Source: a virus (lineage: Duplodnaviria; Heunggongvirae; Uroviricota; Caudoviricetes). From it: a stretch of DNA of 15,817 nt. A model generated the notes under the pieces. The model ran no database searches. It saw only the letters and a program-made list of their open reading frames with translations, and was not told the origin of the DNA. The stretch lies in IMG/VR virus record IMGVR_UViG_2537561618_000006; one strand, 5' to 3'. Shown piece by piece: positions 9,615 through 15,817 of the stretch; positions within the stretch are counted from its first letter, which is position 1, and every line of letters begins with the position of its first letter. The translations under genes and the position numbers were made by a program.

Positions 9615-9641
9615 GAGCGGGAGCTAAATGCTCCCGTTTTT
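9615..9641 (+). terminator. Putative rho-independent terminator downstream of the major capsid gene
   Basis: GC-rich hairpin cgggagc-taaat-gctcccg (stem 9618-9624 / 9630-9636) followed by ttttt at 9637-9641. Confidence 0.6.
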
Positions 9642-9660
9642 CATTCAATCAGGAGCGGGT

Positions 9661-10047
9661 ATGGCTACGAAAGAAGAAAACCTGAAACGTCTTTGTGAGC
9701 TGGCTGAGAGGCTGGGGCGTGAACCGGATGTCTCCGGTAGTGCGGCAGATATTGCGCAGCGAGTGGCGGAACTGGAGGAAGAGCTTGGAGATGCGGGGGA
9801 GGTCGCAGAGCCGGATACGTACTCACCATCGAAAGATGATCCGACCGCGCATAAAGGCGAGTCAGTTCCTGAACAGCCAGGCATTGTTACCGGAGACGAA
9901 ACGGGGCAGGTTACGGTGGTGGCACTGGCGACACTGCATACAAAATGTAATGGTTCAGTGATATTTGTTTCACCGGGAACGTCGTTTCGTGTTTCTGCTG
10001 AGGTGGCTGCCAGCATGGCGGCAGGTGGTCTGGCAAAAAGGCAGTAA
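9661..10047 (+). CDS. FI: DNA packaging protein (lambda FI-like)
   Basis: Start MATKEENL after aggagcgggt; C-terminal VTVVALATLHT...VSPGTSFRVSAEVAASMAAGGLAKRQ matches lambda FI (VTVVALVKLHT...LPGTAFRVSAGVAAEMTERGLARMQ). Confidence 0.8.
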   Translation: MATKEENLKRLCELAERLGREPDVSGSAADIAQRVAELEEELGDAGEVAEPDTYSPSKDDPTAHKGESVPEQPGIVTGDETGQVTVVALATLHTKCNGSVIFVSPGTSFRVSAEVAASMAAGGLAKRQ

Positions 10048-10058
10048 CAGGAGATGTC

Positions 10059-10436
10059 GTGGACGGTTTCGATAATCTGTTTGATGCTGCGCTTGCCGGT
10101 GTCAATGAAGTCATTCTCCGTGATATGGGGATCAGCGCCGTCATTACGTCCGGAGAACTTGAGGGGACACACCTGACAGGGGTTTTTGATGATCCCGAAA
10201 GTATTTCTTTTGTTGCCGGGGGGATCCGGCTTGAGGATTCCTCACCGTGCCTGTTTGTGAAAACGGCAGATATATCGCAGTTACGCCGTCAGGATACGTT
10301 AACTATCGGGGATGATTCTTTCTTTGTGGATCGTATTACTCCGGATGACGGGGGATGCTGTTATATCCGGTTAAGGCGGGGCAGTCCTGCCCCACAGAAT
10401 AATGCCAGAATGAGGCGATATGATGAAGGGACTTGA
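10059..10436 (+). CDS. FII: Head-tail joining protein (lambda FII-like)
   Basis: GTG start; (M)DGFDNLFDAA..., GVFDDPESISF, LRRQDTLTIGDDSFFVDRITPDDGG match lambda FII. Confidence 0.85.
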   Translation: MDGFDNLFDAALAGVNEVILRDMGISAVITSGELEGTHLTGVFDDPESISFVAGGIRLEDSSPCLFVKTADISQLRRQDTLTIGDDSFFVDRITPDDGGCCYIRLRRGSPAPQNNARMRRYDEGT

Positions 10437-11007
10437 GAATGCCATCCGCAATCTGAACAGCCTCGATACCCGCATGGTGCCACAGACCAGCGCATGGGCG
10501 GTAAACCGTGTGGCGGCAAAGATTGTTTCTGTCGCCACACGGCAGGTTGCGCAGAATACCGTTGCCGGGGATAACCAGGTGAAAGGTATTCCCCTGAAAA
10601 CGGTCAGGGAGCGTGTCAGGCTGCTTAAAGCCAGCCCCTCAGGAAAAATGTATGCCCGCATGCGTGTTAACCGGGGTAACCTGCCCGCCATTAAGCTGGG
10701 TACCGCACAGGTCAGACTGGCCCGCTCCCGGCATGGCAGCAACTCACGTCATCGTGGCAGCGTACTGAAAGTGGGGAAATACCTTTTCCGGGATGCGTTT
10801 ATTCAGCAACTGGCGAATGGTCGCTGGCATGTGATGCGGCGTATTGACGGCAAAAATCGTTACCCCATTGATGTGGTGAAAATCCCGATGTCCGGACCGC
10901 TGACACAGGCATTTGAAGATGCCCGCGACCGCATCATTGCTGCGGAAATGCCGAAACAGCTGGGGTATGCCCTGAAACAACAACTGAGGTTACATCTGAG
11001 TAAATGA
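10420..11007 (+). CDS. Z: Tail completion protein (lambda gpZ-like)
   Basis: MMKGLENAIRNL..., LPAIKLG, FIQQLANGRWHVMRRIDGKNRYPIDVVKIPM, LGYALKQQLR match lambda gpZ. Confidence 0.85.
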   Translation: MMKGLENAIRNLNSLDTRMVPQTSAWAVNRVAAKIVSVATRQVAQNTVAGDNQVKGIPLKTVRERVRLLKASPSGKMYARMRVNRGNLPAIKLGTAQVRLARSRHGSNSRHRGSVLKVGKYLFRDAFIQQLANGRWHVMRRIDGKNRYPIDVVKIPMSGPLTQAFEDARDRIIAAEMPKQLGYALKQQLRLHLSK

Positions 11008-11405
11008 ACCGACACACACAAATCCGTCAGAGCGTGCTGGCACGCCTTCGGGAACAGTGTGGAGACAGCGCCACGTTTTTTGACGGGCTTCCGGCATTTA
11101 TTGATGCGCAGGAACTGCCTGCCGTGGCGGTGTGGCTGAGTGATGCTCAGTACACCGGAAAAATGACGGATGAAGATGACTGGCAGGCTGTTCTGCATAT
11201 TGCCGTCTTCATCCGGGCACAGGCACCGGATTCAGAGCTGGATATGTGGATGGAGAGCACCATTTTCCCGGCCCTGAATGATGTACCGGCACTTTCCGGA
11301 CTCATCGACACCCTGAACCCACTCGGTTTTAACTATCAACGTGATAATGAGATGGCTACCTGGGCGATGGCGGAAATCACGTACCAGATCACGTACACGA
11401 ATTAA
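11004..11405 (+). CDS. U: Tail terminator protein (lambda gpU-like)
   Basis: ATFFDG, LPAVAVWLSDAQYTG, PDSELDMWMES, ITYQITY match lambda gpU; ATGA overlap with the Z stop. Confidence 0.9.
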   Translation: MNRHTQIRQSVLARLREQCGDSATFFDGLPAFIDAQELPAVAVWLSDAQYTGKMTDEDDWQAVLHIAVFIRAQAPDSELDMWMESTIFPALNDVPALSGLIDTLNPLGFNYQRDNEMATWAMAEITYQITYTN

Positions 11406-11415
11406 GGAGGTGGTA

Positions 11416-12156
11416 ATGACCACACCAAATCCACTGGCAAAGACGAAAGGTGCGGGGACGACGTTCTGGATGTATACCGGCAACGGCGATGCGTTTGCGA
11501 ACCCTTTGTCGGACACTGACTGGCTGCGTCTTGCGATGGTGAAGGATCTGCAACCTGGCGAAATGACCGCTGATGCAGAAGATGACACTTATCTCGATGA
11601 TGAAGATGCAGACTGGAAAACGACAACCCAGGGGCAGAAATCCGTTGGTGATACTTCGGCGACGCTGGCCTGGCGTCCGGGTGACAGCGGGCAGAAAAAA
11701 CTGGTTCAGTTGTTCGACTCCGGTGAAGTCTGCGCGTTTCGTATCAAATATCCCAACGGCACTGTTGATGTTTTCCGCGGCTGGCTGAGCTCACTGGGTA
11801 AAACCATTGCCTCAAAAGACGTGATGACCCGCACTGTGAAAATCAGCGGTGTGGGGCGTCCGTATCTGGCAGAGGAAGGCACTGAAACCGTGGGTGTTAC
11901 CGGACTGACGGTGGCACCGGCATCTGTCAGTGTCAAAGCGGGAGCAACCACCACACTGACCTTTACAGTAAAACCTGACGGGGCCAGTGACAAAGCGATC
12001 AGTGTGCATTCGTCAGATCCTCAGACTGCTTCGGTGACCCTGAGCGGGCTTGTGGCCACGGTGAAAGGCGTGAAGCAGGGCAGTGTCAGCATCGTGGGCA
12101 TGACCTCTGACGGAGAGTTTGTGGCAGTGGCTGCGGTGACCGTCAGCGCACCATAA
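11416..12156 (+). CDS. V: Major tail tube protein (lambda gpV-like) with C-terminal Ig-like domain
   Basis: Start MTTPNPLAKTKGAGTTFW after aaggagg; YLDDEDADW, GDTSATLAW, KYPNGTVDVFRGW, TRTVKISGVGRP match lambda gpV; C-terminal ~80 aa is T/V/S-rich as in the gpV Big_2-like domain. Confidence 0.9.
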   Translation: MTTPNPLAKTKGAGTTFWMYTGNGDAFANPLSDTDWLRLAMVKDLQPGEMTADAEDDTYLDDEDADWKTTTQGQKSVGDTSATLAWRPGDSGQKKLVQLFDSGEVCAFRIKYPNGTVDVFRGWLSSLGKTIASKDVMTRTVKISGVGRPYLAEEGTETVGVTGLTVAPASVSVKAGATTTLTFTVKPDGASDKAISVHSSDPQTASVTLSGLVATVKGVKQGSVSIVGMTSDGEFVAVAAVTVSAP

Positions 12157-12175
12157 CAGGACGATACTCATCATT

Positions 12176-12198
12176 GCCCCGGTTATCCGGGGCTTTTT
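12176..12198 (+). terminator. Putative rho-independent terminator downstream of the major tail gene
   Basis: Hairpin gccccgg-ttat-ccggggc (12176-12182 / 12187-12193) followed by ttttt at 12194-12198. Confidence 0.6.
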
Positions 12199-12211
12199 GC
12201 ATCCGGAGAAC

Positions 12212-12601
12212 ATGATGTTTCTGAAACAGGATACGTTTAATTATGAAAAACAGTCCGTGGTGCTCAGTGAGCTGTCCGGGCTGCAGAGAATTGAATATCT
12301 GACGTTTGTTCAGCAGCGAACGGCAAAGTTTGATGCACAGGAGGGAGAACTGCCGGAGGCTGAACGACAGATTGCTTTTCTGCGTATGGGAATGGATATC
12401 AATGCCTGGCTGGTTTCCCGCTCACTGTGGAATGCTGAGCAGTCTCAGGATGTTGAGACGCTTTGCGCATCCATTATGACAACATGGTCGTATGATGCGC
12501 TGGGCGCGGGGGCGGAGAGGGTTCTGTCGCTGAGCGGTATGGGGACCATTGAGAATGCCGGGGATGATGATCATGAGGCGCTGACGCCGGAAAAGTCCTG
12601 A
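12212..12601 (+). CDS. G: Tail assembly chaperone (lambda gpG-like)
   Basis: MMFLKQDTF..., VVLSELSGLQRIEYL, LTTW-like region match lambda gpG (MFLKTESFEHNGVTVTLSELSALQRIEHL...). Confidence 0.85.
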   Translation: MMFLKQDTFNYEKQSVVLSELSGLQRIEYLTFVQQRTAKFDAQEGELPEAERQIAFLRMGMDINAWLVSRSLWNAEQSQDVETLCASIMTTWSYDALGAGAERVLSLSGMGTIENAGDDDHEALTPEKS

Positions 12602-12939
12602 CGCGGGAAATGCAGTTTGTCATGCGGCTTGCCCGGGAGTTCCGGCGGGCAGACTGGCGGCGGATGCTGTCGGATATGTCGGCCACTGAGCTTGGTGAGT
12701 GGGGCGATTATTTCCGGATGCAGAGCTTCAGTGATGTGTGGATGGATGCGCAGTTTGCCTCGCTGAAGGCATTGATCGTGAGAATGGTGTCCGGCAGCAG
12801 CGATGCTGCGGTGGCTGATTTCAGCCTTTTACCGGAAGAGAACGGGATACCGGAGCGAACGGACGAAGAACTGATGCATCTTGGGGAAGGTATTTCCGGA
12901 GGTGTGCGTTATGGACCAGATAGCCAACCTGGTCATTGA
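12577..12939 (+). CDS. T: Tail assembly protein T-frame segment, expected to be made as a G-T fusion by -1 programmed frameshift
   Basis: Open frame in the -1 phase relative to G, beginning 24 nt before the G stop and ending 29 nt inside H; position and overlap geometry identical to lambda G/T. Confidence 0.7.
   Translation, partial: GADAGKVLTREMQFVMRLAREFRRADWRRMLSDMSATELGEWGDYFRMQSFSDVWMDAQFASLKALIVRMVSGSSDAAVADFSLLPEENGIPERTDEELMHLGEGISGGVRYGPDSQPGH
12589..12595 (+). other. Candidate -1 slippery heptamer for G-T frameshifting (G GAA AAG)
   Basis: The only heptamer within the 12577-12601 G/T overlap with an A-AAG lysine slip site; lambda uses G GGA AAG at the equivalent place. Confidence 0.4.
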
Positions 12940-15647
12940 TTTGGGGATTGATGCGGCAGAGTTTAAAAATGAAATTCCCCGTATCAAAAACCTTCTGAAT
13001 GGTGCAGCCAGCGATGCAGAACGGTCTTCTGCCCGTATGCAGCGTTTTATGGAGCGTCAGACTCAGGCGGCCCGGCAGACAATGCAGGCGGCTTCTTCGG
13101 CTGCAACAGCAGCATCAGCCCATGCGCAGACGGTGGAGAAGAATGCACGGGCTCATGAACGCATGGCCCGTGAGGTGGAACAAACCCGTCTGCGCGTGGA
13201 TGCCCTGAATCAGAAAATGCGCGAGGAACAGGCGCAGGCCAGGGCGGCTCAGCTGGGGGTAAGCAGTGCTGCAGAAGTGTATATCCGCAAAATGGAGCGG
13301 GCAGGAAAAGCCACACATTCGCTGGGGCTGAAAAGTGCGGCAGCCCGGCGGGAGCTGGGGGTGTTAATCAGTCAGATGGCGCGCGGCAATTTTGGTGCGC
13401 TGAGGGGATCCGGGATAACGCTGGCTAACCGTGCCGGATGGACAGGCGCACTGATGTCGCCGAAAGGCATGATGACTGGCGGCGTTATTGGCGGACTTGT
13501 CGCGGCGGTCCTGGGTCTGGGTAAAGCCTGGCATGACGGCCGGAAGGAGGGCGAGAAATTTAACCGTCAGCTGGCGCTGACGGGACATTATGCCGGTGTC
13601 ACTGTCGGGCAGTTGTGGAAACTCAGCCGGGCCATATCCGGGAATGGTATCACGCAACATGCGGCAGCCGGTGCGCTGGCACAGGTGGTGGGCAGTGGGG
13701 CATTTCATGGAAACGATATTGGTATGGTGGCGAAAGCTGCCGCACAGATGGAGCGATCGGTTGGCCAGTCGGTCAGCGATACCATAAATCAGTTTAAGCG
13801 GCTGAAGGATGATCCTGTAAATGCCGCGAAGGCGCTGGACAATGCGCTGCATTTTTTGAATGCCACTCAGCTTGAGCAGATACGCGTCCTTGGGGAGCAG
13901 GGGCGGTCCAGTGATGCGGCCGGATCGCCATGTCTGCGCTGGCAGAGGAAACCGGTAAACGCACATCTGATATTGATAATAATCTCAATGCGCTGGGTAG
14001 TACGCTGCAAACCTTGTCTGACTGGTGGAAGCAGTTCTGGGATGCGGCCATGAATATTGGTCGTGAAGACTCGCTGGATGCGCAGATTGATGCGTTACAG
14101 GAAAAAATTCAGCGCGCGAAAAAATATCCGTGGACAAACGCCTCCACACAGGTGGAGTACGATCAGCAGCGTCTTAACGATCTTCAGGAGAAAAAACGCC
14201 GGAAGGATTTGCAGGATGCAAAAGCGCAGGCAGAACGGAATTACCAGGAGCAACAGAAACGCCGGAATGCTGAAAATGCCGCGCTGAACCGGATGAATGA
14301 AACGGAAGCTGCACGACATCAGCGGGAAATTTGCGCGTATTAATGCCATGCAGTACGCCGACCAGGCTGTCAGGGATGCGGCGATACAGCGTGAAAATGA
14401 ACGTTACGAAAAAGCCATTAGAAAAATACACGGGCAACCCGTAATGATGAGGCACCCGGTTATTGCTGCAGTACAGTCAGCAGCAGGCACAGGTGGAAGG
14501 GCAGATTGCTGCTGCCAGACAGTCAGCAGGCATTGCCACTGAAAGGATGACTGAAGCGCATAAACAGCTTCTGGCCCTGCAGCAGCGCATCAGCGACCTG
14601 GACGGGAAAAAGCTGACGGCAGATGAAAAGAGTGTGCTGGCCCGTAAGAATGAGCTGATTCAGGCGCTGACGCTGCTGGATGTGAAACAGCAGGAGCTGC
14701 AGAAACAGACAGCGCTTAACGACCTGAGAAAAAAAACGGTTCAGCTGACCAGCCAGCTGGCAGACAAAGAACGTGCACTGCGTGAGCAGCACAATCTGGA
14801 TATTGCCACTGCAGGTATGGGGGATAAGCAGCGGCAGCGCTACCAGGCACAGTTGCGCATCCGGCAGGAATACCGGCAACAGTTGCAACAGCTTGAGAAT
14901 GACAGTCGCCAGAAAGGCACTTACGGGACGGAGGACTACCGGAGGGCTGAGGAGGTGCTGAAGGGGAGCCTGAAGCGACAACTGAATGAAAACAAACGCT
15001 ACTGGCAGGAACTGGAAGTGGCGCAGGGCGACTGGAAAAACGGTGCCATGCGGGCGTTTCAGAATTTTACGGCGGATGCGGATAATGCGGCGGGAACGGC
15101 AGAACAGATGTTTACAGTGGCATTCAGCAGTGCCGGTAATGCACTGGCGACATTCTGTACCACCGGTAAGCTGAATTTTAAATCCTTCACCTCTTCCCTG
15201 TTGTCAGATATGGCCAGAATTATGGCACAGATGGCCATGATGCAGGCGGTAAAGGGCGTCGGTTCTTTATTCGGCTTCACGACTAATGCTGATGGCGGTG
15301 TTTACCAGTCTGCTGATTTGAGTCGCTACAGTGGCACGGTGGTTAACCGTCCGACGTTTTTTGCTTTTGCAAAAGGCGCGGGTGTGATGGGGGAAGCGGG
15401 AACTGAAGCCATTCTGCCACTGCGTCGCGGTGCTGATGGTAAGCTGGGGGTTGTGGCGGATACTGGTGGTTCAGGCATGGTGATGTTTGCCCCGCAGTAC
15501 AACATTGAGATCAATAACGACGGCACGAACGGGCAGATAGGTCCGGCTGCCCTGAAGGTGGTTTATGACCTCGGGAAAAAAGCGGCCGCGGACTTTATGC
15601 AACAGCAGGCCCGTGATGGTGGCCGGTTAAGTGGAGCATACCGGTAA
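12911..15647 (+). pseudogene. H: Tail tape measure protein (lambda gpH-like), reading frame broken at three points
   Basis: N-terminus MDQIANLVIDLGIDAAEF... matches lambda H MAEPVGDLVVDLSLDAARF; C-terminus EINNDGTNGQIGPAALKVVYDLGKK...RDGGRLSG matches lambda VINNDGTNGQIGPAALKAVYDMARK...RDGGLFSG. Coding frame changes near 13919-13926, within 14297-14343 and near 14451-14475. Confidence 0.85.
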
Positions 15648-15817
15648 TGGAGACGTTTCACTGGAAAGTGCGCCCGGATATGAATGTGGTATCAGAGCCG
15701 AAAGTGGTGACAGTGAAGCTGGGCGATGGTTATGAACAGCGTCGTGCGGCGGGACTGAATAACCAGTTGTCGACTTACAGCGTGACGATACGTGTTCGTA
15801 AAGGTGAACACCCATCT
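15647..15817 (+). CDS. M: Minor tail protein (lambda gpM-like), N-terminal part; continues beyond window
   Basis: ATG overlapping the H stop (taATGg); METFHWKVRPDMNVVSEPKVVTVKLGDGYEQRRAAGLNNQLSTYSVTI matches lambda M MKTFRWKVKPGMDVASVPSVRKVRFGDGYSQRAPAGLNANLKTYSVTL. Confidence 0.8.
   Translation, partial: METFHWKVRPDMNVVSEPKVVTVKLGDGYEQRRAAGLNNQLSTYSVTIRVRKGEHPS

Noticed and set aside
9645-10172. 175-aa minus-strand ORF antisense to FI and FII
   Set aside because: Lies entirely antisense to two well-supported lambda-homologous genes; its translation is low-complexity (Ser/Pro/Ala-rich) with no recognisable motif. Typical spurious antisense ORF in GC-rich coding DNA.
13364-13966. 200-aa minus-strand ORF inside the tape measure gene
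   Set aside because: Antisense to the strongly supported H coding sequence; no start-site context or conserved motif. Treated as a chance open frame.
2939-15817. Search for inserted cargo (defence system, toxin-antitoxin, moron) among the head and tail genes
   Set aside because: Gene boundaries from A to M are overlapping or separated by under 60 bp apart from the two terminator-containing gaps. Every ORF of meaningful size has a lambda counterpart in the expected order, so there is no unexplained coding capacity in this window.

Overview
This window is the left part of a lambda-like (lambdoid) prophage late/morphogenesis operon, all on the + strand and in lambda gene order: Nu1 remnant, A, W, B, C/Nu3, D, E, FI, FII, Z, U, V, G/T, H, and the start of M. 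It is preceded by two abutting IS3-family insertion sequences and a truncated integrase fragment. Assignments rest on protein-level resemblance to the lambda head and tail proteins and to IS629/IS600 transposases, recalled from memory; no database search was run. The element looks like a defective (cryptic) prophage, probably in an Escherichia/Shigella-type genome. The cos region, the 5' half of Nu1 and the whole early/regulatory/lysis region are absent, replaced by an IS629-like element (271-1574, inverted) and a 5'-truncated IS600-like element (1575-2659). Eight single-base frame disruptions are visible: three in IS629 orfB, one in IS600 orfB, one in the portal gene and three in the tape-measure gene. 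They are either real pseudogenising mutations or homopolymer-type sequencing errors; I cannot distinguish these from sequence alone. Other notable points are a triplicated ~153-bp coding module in the C/Nu3 scaffold region, a non-canonical G-T slippery heptamer, and two clean intrinsic terminators after the major capsid and major tail genes. I found no convincing evidence of a novel or undescribed system (defence, toxin-antitoxin, CRISPR); the genes are tightly packed with no unexplained inserted cargo in this window.
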